This document shows, piece by piece, positions 48,493 through 57,916 of a stretch of DNA of 64,000 nt (positions are counted from its first letter, which is position 1; every line of letters begins with the position of its first letter). Under the pieces are notes generated by a model. The model worked only from the letters and a program-made list of their open reading frames with translations. It made no database searches and was not told the origin of the DNA. The position numbers were made by a program, and so were the translations under genes. Origin of the DNA: Candidatus Nomurabacteria bacterium RIFCSPHIGHO2_01_FULL_37_25 (lineage in GTDB: Bacteria > Patescibacteriota > Minisyncoccia > Phycocordibacterales > UBA9973); the NCBI GenBank assembly GCA_001786765.1, contig MFTH01000015.1:1548-65547 (forward strand). The letters are read 5' to 3'.

Positions 48493-48696
48493 ATGAAAAA
48501 TAATATAACAAATAATAAAGAAAAAGGTTTTATAGAATTGATAATAATCATTATCATCGCTCTTCTTTTGATGAAATATTTTGGTCTTACTATAACTGGG
48601 ATTCTAAATTATTTTCATCTAACTTGGCCTGAAATTCTAAATTGGCTCAAACAAGCTCTAAATTGGTTCAAGGATTTAGTTTATAGTGTATTATAA
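48493..48696 (+). CDS. small membrane protein, hypothetical
   Basis: 67 aa with one TM helix. Confidence 0.3.
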   Translation: MKNNITNNKEKGFIELIIIIIIALLLMKYFGLTITGILNYFHLTWPEILNWLKQALNWFKDLVYSVL

Positions 48697-48762
48697 GAGC
48701 TCCTTGTATATTCTAAGTTGTTATTAATTGCACTAAAGATATATTGTGCGACATGATATGTT

Positions 48763-49170
48763 TTATTTGCACGAACTCGAAAACTCATATCCTGCCTTCT
48801 CTGCCTCTTCCCTTGTAAAAAAATAAACTCTATTTTCTTGTTTGATTGTTTTGCCAGCAGAACAACTAAAAGAATAATATTTACTTCCCCGATTGGAAGC
48901 GAAAAAATTTTTTCCAGAATTTGAATTCTGAACTTGAACAGTTTTTGTACTTATGTCAAAGATGCCCTTTGATATGCTATCAGTCGCAGATATTACATTG
49001 GTTTCTTGATTCGGATATTCTATCTTAATGCCTGAACTTATATTGTTTTTTGATAATCTACCTAACTCAAACGACCCCAAACCTAATAAAATAACAATCA
49101 GAACTATTAAAATGTCTTTCCCTTTCTCATTTTCTAAGCTATATGTTATTATTTGCTTGATTTTTTCCAT
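48763..49170 (-). CDS. membrane-anchored hypothetical protein
   Basis: N-terminal TM, C-terminal ...YFFTREEAEKAGYEFSSSCK. Confidence 0.4.
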   Translation of the reverse strand: MEKIKQIITYSLENEKGKDILIVLIVILLGLGSFELGRLSKNNISSGIKIEYPNQETNVISATDSISKGIFDISTKTVQVQNSNSGKNFFASNRGSKYYSFSCSAGKTIKQENRVYFFTREEAEKAGYEFSSSCK

Positions 49171-49196
49171 GAAATTGTTTATACTGTATCACACAT

Positions 49197-49469
49197 ATGG
49201 CACATAGAAAAGCTGGCGGAACCGCCAAAAATTTAAGAGATTCTAACCCACAATATCTCGGTATTAAGCTTTCTGATGGGCAAAGGGCTCAATCTGGCTC
49301 TATTATCGTCAGACAACGCGGTACAGCCATTATGGCAGGCAATAATGTCTCTGTAGGCAAAGACCACACACTTTTTGCCCTAAAACCCGGTATAGTAAAA
49401 TTTGGCTCTAAACGCAAAATTTCTTTTAATGGCACAACAGTAGAAAAAAAAGTAGTGAATGTAAATTAA
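49197..49469 (+). CDS. rpmA: 50S ribosomal protein L27
   Basis: [12 protein letters not shown]...IIVRQRGT...[12 protein letters not shown]. Confidence 0.9.
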   Translation: MAHRKAGGTAKNLRDSNPQYLGIKLSDGQRAQSGSIIVRQRGTAIMAGNNVSVGKDHTLFALKPGIVKFGSKRKISFNGTTVEKKVVNVN

Positions 49470-49490
49470 TTTAAGATCTTGAGTTTCTTA

Positions 49491-49934
49491 TTATATCTTC
49501 TCTATAATAAGTTGGAAAGACGATTTTTTGTTTTTTATCTCAATTGGAATTTTAAACTCCCCTACTTCTTTGATTGGTTTTTCTAAAATAATGAATTCTT
49601 CGTTAATTTCTATATGATGTCGTTTAGACATTTCATCTAGAATTTCTTTTTTATGAATTGCGGAAAAAAGATGACCTTGATCATTCGTTTTACATTTTAT
49701 TATAACAGCCTTATCTTTTATTTCCTCTAAATTTTTCATTAAAAGATCCTCTTGCACTTCCCTTTCAATAATAATTTCTTTTTTCTTCATTTCAAGTTCT
49801 GCCACGGCTTTTGGTGTAGCAACAACAGCTAATTTCCTAGAAAATAAAAAATTCATGGCGTAGCCGTCATTTACTTCCTTGATGTCATATTTTCTTCCCA
49901 CCCTCGGCACATCTTTTAAGAATATTACTCGCAT
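49491..49934 (-). CDS. rplI: 50S ribosomal protein L9
   Basis: MRVIFLKDVPRVGRKYDIKEV.DGYA.NFL. Confidence 0.85.
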   Translation of the reverse strand: MRVIFLKDVPRVGRKYDIKEVNDGYAMNFLFSRKLAVVATPKAVAELEMKKKEIIIEREVQEDLLMKNLEEIKDKAVIIKCKTNDQGHLFSAIHKKEILDEMSKRHHIEINEEFIILEKPIKEVGEFKIPIEIKNKKSSFQLIIEKI

Positions 49935-49948
49935 AATTAGGTTCTTTT

Positions 49949-51169
49949 CTAGGGGCTAGGTTCTAATAATAGTTGTGTCGCTTTATCTAATTGTGGATCC
50001 TTTTTATCTTCTAAATCTTTTTTAATAAACTCCACTTCATAATCCGGCGTGAGTCCTTTTCCTTCAATCAAATTTCCATTAGGTGTGAGCCATTTAGCCA
50101 CCGTAATTTTAAGAAGAGTGTCTGGGGTAATTTTTATTGCTTCCTGCACTGAGCCTTTTCCAAAGCTTTGCTTCCCTACCAACTTTGCAATTTTATAATC
50201 TTGCAGAGCCCCAGCCAAGATTTCAGATGCCGAAGCAGATCCACCATCTATCAAGACAACAAACTTTAATTTGTCATTAAATACATCATAACCTCGACTT
50301 CTAAATACTTCTGGTTTTGTGTTGTTGCCATAATCTTCAGTTACAATAATTTTCCCTCCGGGCAAGAACCAGCTTGCCATATCCACCGCCGCATCTAAAT
50401 ATCCACCAGGGTTTCCTCGTAGATCCAGTAACAATTTATCAGTCCCCGATTCGGCAAATTCTTTGATTGCATTACGGAAAAGACTGGCTGAGTTAGCAGA
50501 AAAACTATAAAGTTTTATTACAAAAATACCGTTTGATTGGAGTTCTGTATCAAGGGTTGGAACATCAATGACATCTCTTACAATTTTTATTTCTATCGGA
50601 TCTTTATTCCCCTCACGAAAGATTGTGAGTACAACTTCTGTGCCCTTCTCCCCTCTTATTAATTTAATTGCTTTTTCAATACTTAAACCAGAAGTGACTG
50701 TTTTGTCAATCTTCAAAATTTTATCACCAGGCTTAATGTTTGCCCTATAAGCGGGAGTGTCTTTGAGTGGAGCGATAACTGTGAGAACTTTGTCTTTTAT
50801 GCCAACCTCCATGCCAACTCCAGTAAAGTTGCCAGCTATTTCATCTTCAAAAGCTTGCGCGTCATCCGGGTTAAAAAACACACTGTATGGGTCGTCTAAA
50901 GAGCTCATCAAACCCGAGATAGCGCCATAAATTTTATCTTGGTCAGATGTTTCATCAGCTCTGGGATATTTTTCGTTAATAGTGTTCCAGACCTTCCAAA
51001 AAGAAGCAAAATCTGCATTTGTTGCGATTTGCGTTTCTTTATTAGAAAGACCTATAACTTTATCTATTTCTGGACGATTGTGAACACCAACATAAACACC
51101 AAAAATAAAAAATAAAACAACAAGAAAAACAACAGTAGGAATATATCTTGTTTTTGAGAATTGCTCCAT
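49949..51169 (-). CDS. ctpA: carboxy-terminal processing protease (S41)
   Basis: N-terminal TM, PDZ, GNPGGYL and LIDGGSASASEI S41 motifs. Confidence 0.85.
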   Translation of the reverse strand: MEQFSKTRYIPTVVFLVVLFFIFGVYVGVHNRPEIDKVIGLSNKETQIATNADFASFWKVWNTINEKYPRADETSDQDKIYGAISGLMSSLDDPYSVFFNPDDAQAFEDEIAGNFTGVGMEVGIKDKVLTVIAPLKDTPAYRANIKPGDKILKIDKTVTSGLSIEKAIKLIRGEKGTEVVLTIFREGNKDPIEIKIVRDVIDVPTLDTELQSNGIFVIKLYSFSANSASLFRNAIKEFAESGTDKLLLDLRGNPGGYLDAAVDMASWFLPGGKIIVTEDYGNNTKPEVFRSRGYDVFNDKLKFVVLIDGGSASASEILAGALQDYKIAKLVGKQSFGKGSVQEAIKITPDTLLKITVAKWLTPNGNLIEGKGLTPDYEVEFIKKDLEDKKDPQLDKATQLLLEPSP

Positions 51170-51184
51170 AATCTAAATCAGATA

Positions 51185-51421
51185 TTATATTTCTTTTTTT
51201 ATTTCTTCTCTGTTAAAAAAGTTATTTTCTGAAAAGTTGTCAAAAGTTTTTTCTTCATTATTTTCTTTTACTTTTGATTCTTTATATAGTGTATAACTTA
51301 TGTAAATAAGCCCCAACCCGGAAAGAGTCGTTAAAACATCCTTCCAAGAATATGGAAAGCCTAGATATGGCAATACTGCCACCCAGATGCCTAAAATTAA
51401 AAGTGTGTAGACTTTACGCAT
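51185..51421 (-). CDS. small two-TM membrane protein
   Basis: 78 aa, co-directional with the fibre cluster. Confidence 0.35.
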   Translation of the reverse strand: MRKVYTLLILGIWVAVLPYLGFPYSWKDVLTTLSGLGLIYISYTLYKESKVKENNEEKTFDNFSENNFFNREEIKKEI

Positions 51422-51461
51422 AGAAACATTATACTTTATGATTAAGATATATGCAACGAGA

Positions 51462-52841
51462 TTATTCTTTGAATTTCTTTAGGCAGTATATTAAAAGAGA
51501 AATTACAAAAGCAATTAATAAAACAGGTAGAATGCAATATTCTTGAATCAAGCTAGCTAAAATCATCACCAAAAAAGAAGAACCTACAAAAAAAAGGTAG
51601 AATCTATTCCAAATTTCCTTTTCTGGCATTCTAGATTCTTCATACTTTTTTCTAATCCATAAATGCCAAATCATATATAATGCTAAAAGTATGAGAATGC
51701 CAATTAAAGTACAAATCGATACTAGATTATCAAAACCAGAAAGCAATACATTAGCGACTAAATTATTATCTAAATCTAGATTATCATCTTCTATTTGAGA
51801 CGCATCCCCTTCAGAATTTGTGTCAGAAAATTCTGAGCTCGTCGGACTTGAAAACCCTTCAGAATCTGAACGGTCCGTTGATGAATCATCTGTGTTTACG
51901 GAGGAGTTTCCTCCGTCTATGTTTGGATTATTTGGATTATTCGTAGCGAGTAAAGGTACTGCGAAATATTTTTCAAAACTTATAGTCGGTGGTGAAGCGC
52001 GAGAAACAACACGATAAACATAAGTTTGTCCTGGAGTAAGTCCTGTTATTAATACAGAGTGATGCAAAACTTTGGTTGGGTCTTCAATAGTGCCAGATGG
52101 GTATCCAAAATATAATGCATTCATATCCAGAGTATATAAAGGAGGAGTTGGTCCATAAACGACCTGACTAGTTGACAGAACATTCGTGTCCCAAGTTATT
52201 GTCGCTGTAGCTGTCGCTGGGAATCCGCCTACTTCCGTAATATCTACTGTTTTTTCATTAAATATAGTAAGAACTATTGGCCCTCCCCCACTTCCGCCTC
52301 CATTCGAAGGACCTCCGCCTGTCGAGGGGCCTCCGTCTGTATCATTTTCATCTCCCACAACAGTATCGCCACAATGTTTTGTCCCGCCTGAAAATCCAAC
52401 GCAGACATCAAAACCAAGAGTTTTCCCTTGATAAGAATTATCACTTGAATCAACAAAAGAAATAGTATAAGTAAAAACCTTGGATTCTCCGTTAGTAATT
52501 GCGCCTAAAGAAACTTCACCGGCAGTTGAGAGAAAATTAGCAAGAGTATCATCAAATAAAATTCCGCTAGTTCCTGCTATTTCAAGATGCAAAAGACTGC
52601 CAAAATTATCATTGTCTGTTACATTAATTGCTTCAGTTAAAATAGTCTGTGACGCTCCAGAATTATTGGTGACTGTTATCTCTCCATTTGTTTCATCGCT
52701 AGGTAGAAAGTTGGGTTTGTTAAATAATGGATCCGGGACAAATGTTACCTGAAGCGGCGCGGCGAAAACATTCGAAGTAAAACCAAAGAGCGTTATTATT
52801 GTGAGTACAGAGAATATAAATTTTTGAATTAATGTTTTCAT
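51462..52841 (-). CDS. secreted surface protein with Gly/Pro/Ser linker, acidic S/D-rich region and C-terminal TM anchor
   Basis: Classical signal peptide (..SNVFAAP), DGGPSTGGGPSNGGGSGGGP linker, C-terminal hydrophobic helices. Confidence 0.45.
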   Translation of the reverse strand: MKTLIQKFIFSVLTIITLFGFTSNVFAAPLQVTFVPDPLFNKPNFLPSDETNGEITVTNNSGASQTILTEAINVTDNDNFGSLLHLEIAGTSGILFDDTLANFLSTAGEVSLGAITNGESKVFTYTISFVDSSDNSYQGKTLGFDVCVGFSGGTKHCGDTVVGDENDTDGGPSTGGGPSNGGGSGGGPIVLTIFNEKTVDITEVGGFPATATATITWDTNVLSTSQVVYGPTPPLYTLDMNALYFGYPSGTIEDPTKVLHHSVLITGLTPGQTYVYRVVSRASPPTISFEKYFAVPLLATNNPNNPNIDGGNSSVNTDDSSTDRSDSEGFSSPTSSEFSDTNSEGDASQIEDDNLDLDNNLVANVLLSGFDNLVSICTLIGILILLALYMIWHLWIRKKYEESRMPEKEIWNRFYLFFVGSSFLVMILASLIQEYCILPVLLIAFVISLLIYCLKKFKE

Positions 52842-52845
52842 ATTT

Positions 52846-55335
52846 TTATGGTTGTGGTTCTGTGGCTATTACTTCCGGCGCTGACTCTATAATTTGTTCT
52901 ACTTCACCCGCGGTAGCTTCCGGTAAAGGTTGGGATTCTATAATAGCTCCTTCTGGTTCACTTGCGATAACAGGTTCACTTTCTGTTACTAAAACGGGAA
53001 CCTCTTCAGTTTCGGGCTCTGGTGTTGGAGGTGGTGTGACAGATTCTACTATAGTATCTACTACTTCTAATATTTTTGTTACTGCTTCTGGTACTACTGC
53101 CGGAGGAACATCTTCTATAATTTCTCTCATGGTTTCTTCTGTATTTACTTCGGGATTTATATTTCCTGCTGTCGTCATCTCTACCACTGTTTCTTCTTCT
53201 AGAAGGGTCTCTCCTTTTTCTGCAAGTAAAGCAATGATTAGTTGTATTGTGCCCTCGTCAAGTCCCGCATTTATCAAATCTTGCATACTTACACGATTTG
53301 ACTCCCCGGGTGTTGGTTCTGGGTCAACCCAAATACCGCCGTTTGGAATACGCTGATGTGATTTGCCAACTGCAGTACTTGGATATGCATGTCCATCCAT
53401 AAATATATTTGTAGAATTATATAGACGCACAGTATCACCTGTATTATTTAGACGAGCTGTCAAATTTCCAAACTCAAGAACAAGCAATCCGCCAGACGGA
53501 ATGATTGTACTTGCTCCAGCATACGGCTGTACTTGATTGGCAGTCGCTCCTGAAGCGACCACAGAGTAAAATGTTTCCGTCGCTCCTGCTATTTCTGAAA
53601 TTTTCCAATCTAAAACATCAATAGAAGAAGCGGTGGTGTTGTAAAGTTCTATCCACTCACGATCGCTCGGCGCAACACCACCGGCAGGACTAGGGTAGAT
53701 TTCATTCAGCGCTATATCAGAGACATTAGAAGGAACCGAATAAATTCCAAAGAATGGACCAACGAGAGTTATATTATTAGCGCCTCCAAGTCGTATTTGC
53801 TCAGCGCTGTAAAGCGCGCCCCAAACATCAGTGTTATTGCCTGTGGTAATGCCAAACTCATTGGGTAAGTTACTTTTAGTTGAATAAATTGTGCCGTACC
53901 AATCGTTGCTACCACCTAAACTTACCACGCCACCACTTTCTAAATATATTTTATCTGCAGTTCCACCCGTAAGATTAAAGTCAAGATTGCTACCGGTAGT
54001 TACATCGCCTACTACAAATATGAGTATCTCCCCGCCGGACACATCAGCATTTATAATATTATTCCCAGCTAGACTGAAGGAACGAAAGACGTAAGTTCCC
54101 GCAGTCAAGTTAAGTGTCTTACTGTTAGTACTTGTTAAGTCACGATAAATGCCCGGAGCTAAAGTGAGCGGAGAATTATCGGTATTTATATTTATGTCTT
54201 TACCCGCATCGGCATTTGCGCTAAAAATATTTGGTGTTGGTAGAGAAATATCAGTAAAAGTATCTGGAGTCGCTGGAAGTGGTGTCCCATCATTATTGAG
54301 TGTTCCGACGGTAGCATCACCGACAAGCGTCGGCAATACAGTATTCGGCAATGTAAGAGTTCCTAAAATATCAGCGCTGTTGCCCAAAGTAGCGCTCTGC
54401 GCATCCACATCCAAAGACGCCTGTGTGTTAGCGCCTGTAGAAAATAATCCGCCAGACACAACATCTCCATTAAGATTAGTACTGCTACCGACAGTTACGC
54501 TTGCGCCATGAACACTGCCATTTATAATGTTAGATCCACCTAGTGTCACTGAACCGTTTACGATAATTCCTTTTGCGCCTATTGTAACGTTGTCGTGGGT
54601 AGTTACCTTACTCCCTGCCCGAATGCCGAGCTGTACATTCAAGCTACCAATTTCAACGCTTCTATTACTGCCTATCATTCCACCTACAATGTATGAGCTA
54701 TTGCCTGTTTCAGTTTCATTAGTATCACTTACATCACTTGCGCCAAATACAGCAAAATCCTCAATAGGTCCATAATCCAATCCCCAAGTTTCAGCTGTGA
54801 CTGTATTAGTAATAGTTTCTGTATCGTTAAAGCCTATGGGCGATGGCCCAGTTAAATCCGTCTGCCAACCGAAATATTCAAAATTAAATTCACAAGTCAT
54901 TCCTTCTAATTCAGGCGCGTCTGATGTGAGTGTGGCGGTAAAATCCCAATTTTCTGGCGCGTTAAAATTAAACGGGCCAATTTCAAAAGTGGAGAGCGAC
55001 TCGGTAACTGGCAATCCCCCATCTAAAGAAGCTGATAAATCCAAAGCGTCACACAGACCACCTATCACGCCAGTTGTTTTTATTGTGTATTGAAATCCTA
55101 AACTTCCATCATTTGAAATTGAAATGCTTCGCAGGGCATTAATTTCTGGATTCACCTCCGGCGCAAAGTCAGCGTCAGAGTTGAGTGAAAAATCTAAAGA
55201 GGAAGTAGAGAAAAAATTACCACCGGAAGTTTCTTTATCATCATAATATGCATTTGTTTTTTCTACTCCAGAAAAGCCTAAGGTTAGAAGCAAAATTAAA
55301 GTCAAAGCTATTATTTTATTAGACTTCTTTTTCAT
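52846..55335 (-). CDS. large secreted protein: SipW-cognate-type signal peptide, beta-helix repeats, lamin-tail domain (LTD), acidic Pro/Glu-rich tail
   Basis: N-terminus ...NAYYDDKETSGGNFFSTSSLDF; repeated G-x-hydrophobic beta-helix-like segments (NVTIGAKGIIVNGSVTLGGSNIINGSVHG...); LTD signature LNEIYPSP...EWIELYN...LLVLEF...LNNTGDTVRLYN. Confidence 0.55.
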   Translation of the reverse strand: MKKKSNKIIALTLILLLTLGFSGVEKTNAYYDDKETSGGNFFSTSSLDFSLNSDADFAPEVNPEINALRSISISNDGSLGFQYTIKTTGVIGGLCDALDLSASLDGGLPVTESLSTFEIGPFNFNAPENWDFTATLTSDAPELEGMTCEFNFEYFGWQTDLTGPSPIGFNDTETITNTVTAETWGLDYGPIEDFAVFGASDVSDTNETETGNSSYIVGGMIGSNRSVEIGSLNVQLGIRAGSKVTTHDNVTIGAKGIIVNGSVTLGGSNIINGSVHGASVTVGSSTNLNGDVVSGGLFSTGANTQASLDVDAQSATLGNSADILGTLTLPNTVLPTLVGDATVGTLNNDGTPLPATPDTFTDISLPTPNIFSANADAGKDININTDNSPLTLAPGIYRDLTSTNSKTLNLTAGTYVFRSFSLAGNNIINADVSGGEILIFVVGDVTTGSNLDFNLTGGTADKIYLESGGVVSLGGSNDWYGTIYSTKSNLPNEFGITTGNNTDVWGALYSAEQIRLGGANNITLVGPFFGIYSVPSNVSDIALNEIYPSPAGGVAPSDREWIELYNTTASSIDVLDWKISEIAGATETFYSVVASGATANQVQPYAGASTIIPSGGLLVLEFGNLTARLNNTGDTVRLYNSTNIFMDGHAYPSTAVGKSHQRIPNGGIWVDPEPTPGESNRVSMQDLINAGLDEGTIQLIIALLAEKGETLLEEETVVEMTTAGNINPEVNTEETMREIIEDVPPAVVPEAVTKILEVVDTIVESVTPPPTPEPETEEVPVLVTESEPVIASEPEGAIIESQPLPEATAGEVEQIIESAPEVIATEPQP

Positions 55336-55891
55336 TTTGTATATTTTCTACAACTTCTTCTTTTTGTTTACCCTGAGCTTGTCGAAGGGCTCGCATTTTT
55401 TTAACTTCACTAAATATTTTCATCCCTTCGTCATAAATAACAATAATTGCTGGAAGGATAATAAGAACCGCAAATCCAAGAGGTTTGCGAGCCAAGTCTA
55501 TGATGTAACCCAAAAACGGAATATTAAATAAAACTTTTCCGTGAATATCATTCTGGCGTATTTCATTTGTGTCAGAGTCTTCATTGGCATCCCCTTTGGT
55601 GGTGAACATTATCACCCCACTTTGCGCGCGACTAGAGACTATGCGGTGGGTAGTCGGAATATCTTTTTTTGTGTCTTTGCCAAAAGTCACAACATCTCCC
55701 ACTGTATAATTTAGGCTTGGCTTTATGACAACAATGCTTCCTGTCTTAATGCTCGGTTCCATTGAACCAGATTGCACAATTTTTATTTGATAATTGCCTT
55801 TAATCGGGAAAAGAGCAATCAGTAAAAAAGCGATGACAATAATGATTGTTATGTAAAATGTTGTATAAAGAATTTTAAAGGCTTTATCCAT
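55319..55891 (-). CDS. sipW: signal peptidase I, SipW/Sec11 (ER-type) family
   Basis: N-terminal TM, SGSMEP catalytic-Ser motif, THRIV His motif, C-terminal TM. Confidence 0.75.
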   Translation of the reverse strand: MDKAFKILYTTFYITIIIVIAFLLIALFPIKGNYQIKIVQSGSMEPSIKTGSIVVIKPSLNYTVGDVVTFGKDTKKDIPTTHRIVSSRAQSGVIMFTTKGDANEDSDTNEIRQNDIHGKVLFNIPFLGYIIDLARKPLGFAVLIILPAIIVIYDEGMKIFSEVKKMRALRQAQGKQKEEVVENIQNEKEV

Positions 55892-55985
55892 TTTTTACAG
55901 GCTTTTTAAAAGCCTTATCCTCCCTCACATACTCGATTGCATATGAGGGATTATAAAACTTCAAAATTAATTGAAAATTTTAGTA

Positions 55986-56732
55986 TTATAGATTCACATC
56001 CGCGCACTTGAAGTTTGGATTGTTGCGATACTGTTCACCATAGATAACAAGATCAGCCGAAAGTGAATCGGTTTGAGCCTTGTCGTTCATAGATCCGCCG
56101 TTACATGTTACTTCTCCGCCAAAACCTGCGCCGGGAGCAACTACATGATTTCCTCCACATAGACTCATAGCGAGAAGTTCTGTCTGAATAGGATCAGTAG
56201 GACCATTCCCTGTTGTTGAGTCTCGAAGCGGTAAATCAGTAAAGACATCAAAGAAAGAATCAATGAGAATCGGTTCGTTGGTCTGATGCACTAGGTCCGG
56301 AACAATTTCTTTCCAAACGAGCACATGCACATTTTGACTCAATTCCCCGACAGATGCTGTTGTGTCTCCAGCGTCATCTTCGGCTTCGTTTATGCCATTC
56401 TCTTGATCGTTAAGATTTTTTTTACCGATACAGAGCCAAGCTGGATTACTAGAAACGTGGGCGCTGATACTTCGGTTGTAAATATCAGCCGGCTTTAAAT
56501 CTTCTAAAGTAAAGAATTTCTCATTCGTCAAGTTCATCGCAGGCCAACTCGCATCTTGCACGAGCGCGCCATTGTAAGTCGCTCCGAAAGAGTCAACAGT
56601 AAGATCAACTGAACCAGCGGTAAAGATATTGCCTGTTGAAGTTTCGGTATCATTAAAGAAAGCAACAGTGCCTCCTGCGACAGCTCCGGCAACGACAATA
56701 ATCACAGCCATGCTTAATAATATCTTTTTCAT
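55986..56732 (-). CDS. TasA/camelysin-like protein with SipW-cognate class signal peptide
   Basis: MKKILLSMAVIIVVAGAVAGGTVAFFNDTETSTGNIFTAGSVDL matches the AFFSDTE-type SipW-cognate N-terminus; 248 aa. Confidence 0.7.
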   Translation of the reverse strand: MKKILLSMAVIIVVAGAVAGGTVAFFNDTETSTGNIFTAGSVDLTVDSFGATYNGALVQDASWPAMNLTNEKFFTLEDLKPADIYNRSISAHVSSNPAWLCIGKKNLNDQENGINEAEDDAGDTTASVGELSQNVHVLVWKEIVPDLVHQTNEPILIDSFFDVFTDLPLRDSTTGNGPTDPIQTELLAMSLCGGNHVVAPGAGFGGEVTCNGGSMNDKAQTDSLSADLVIYGEQYRNNPNFKCADVNL

Positions 56733-56758
56733 AGTTTTTTTAGTTAACTAATAAAAGA

Positions 56759-57679
56759 TTAAAGATCAAATGGGCTAGGGTTATTTCTGTGTTGTTCAAC
56801 TTCAAACGCAATATCACCACTTAGGCTGTCAGTTTGGACTTCATTACCAGTACTCCAAGGAAGATTCCAATTTAGACCAAAGTAATAAGTCGTGCTTCCA
56901 ACCATTCTTCCATCTAAAGCTAGACCGTGACAAAGAAGATAATTATTATGACCATCTACACTTCCTCCTAAATCACCACAAGAATCTTCACCGTCTCCGG
57001 TATTATATGCATTTGTTAAGACTGAAGAAAATTCTTTTTCATCAGTTAAACTCCATGGTTGTCCTTCGTATGACTGCCAAACATTATCTCCTTCTGTTGT
57101 ATCAGGACAACTTACTACTGGAACTCCATCAGGACCTACACACTGAAATCCAGGAGTAGAACCTTGGTCAAGCCACATAGAGAATCCAGGAAGCATTGCG
57201 CTTAATAATTCTCCATCAGAATCACAACCAGGATTATTTTCTGCACTTCCTTCCGGCTCCGTACAGGTGTTATCTAAACTACCACCCAATGTCATTAAAA
57301 CTCTCCCCCACGCATCGTTGTCATAAACATGAAGAGAAATTGTGTCCTCTCCTTTGTCTCCTGGTTTAAGATCATCAAAGCTAAAGAATTTATGTACCCC
57401 ATTTTCAAGATCAGTTTCTGACCAATTGCCCATTACTACTGGACCAGTTTCGTCAGGATCTGTACAACCAACATCTACGTATCCATCTCCATTTGGTCCT
57501 GATTGTCCACCAACATATTGGTAATAATGACACTGACTGTCAACTTTCAAATCAATTGCGCCAGCGGTAAAGGTGTTACCTGTTGATGTCTCTGTATCAG
57601 AGAAAAATGCGCCTGTTGCGCCAGCAACTACAACTCCGACCACTGCTATCATACTCAAACTAAGTAATATTTTTTTCAT
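56759..57679 (-). CDS. TasA/camelysin-like protein, paralog 2
   Basis: MKKILLSLSMIAVVGVVVAGATGAFFSDTETSTGNTFTAGAIDL; 306 aa; 63% identical N-terminus to paralog 1. Confidence 0.7.
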   Translation of the reverse strand: MKKILLSLSMIAVVGVVVAGATGAFFSDTETSTGNTFTAGAIDLKVDSQCHYYQYVGGQSGPNGDGYVDVGCTDPDETGPVVMGNWSETDLENGVHKFFSFDDLKPGDKGEDTISLHVYDNDAWGRVLMTLGGSLDNTCTEPEGSAENNPGCDSDGELLSAMLPGFSMWLDQGSTPGFQCVGPDGVPVVSCPDTTEGDNVWQSYEGQPWSLTDEKEFSSVLTNAYNTGDGEDSCGDLGGSVDGHNNYLLCHGLALDGRMVGSTTYYFGLNWNLPWSTGNEVQTDSLSGDIAFEVEQHRNNPSPFDL

Positions 57680-57840
57680 AATTTTATTTTTTTTAATTTA
57701 TAATTTTTAATTTATAATTTTTTCTCGACCTTACGAATTCTTGGTTTTCTGCGAAAACCATAATTTATTTATACACAAGTAGATTATACTCACCTTTTTA
57801 TCCTGTCAAGCTAGGGTGTGAATTGGAAAGTGGATAAAAA

Positions 57841-57915
57841 AATTACGAATTATCCTGAATTACGAAACTTGTCGAAGGCGTGTCTTTTTTAGGGGGTTTC
57901 GAGGCTGTCGAGCCG
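57841..57915 (+). repeat. Family B element, copy B3 (left half only, truncated at the PBP2 stop)
   Basis: gaattacgaaacttgtcgaaggcgtgtcttttttagggggtttcgaggctgtcgagccga is near-identical to the left half of B1. Confidence 0.7.
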
Positions 57916-57916
57916 A

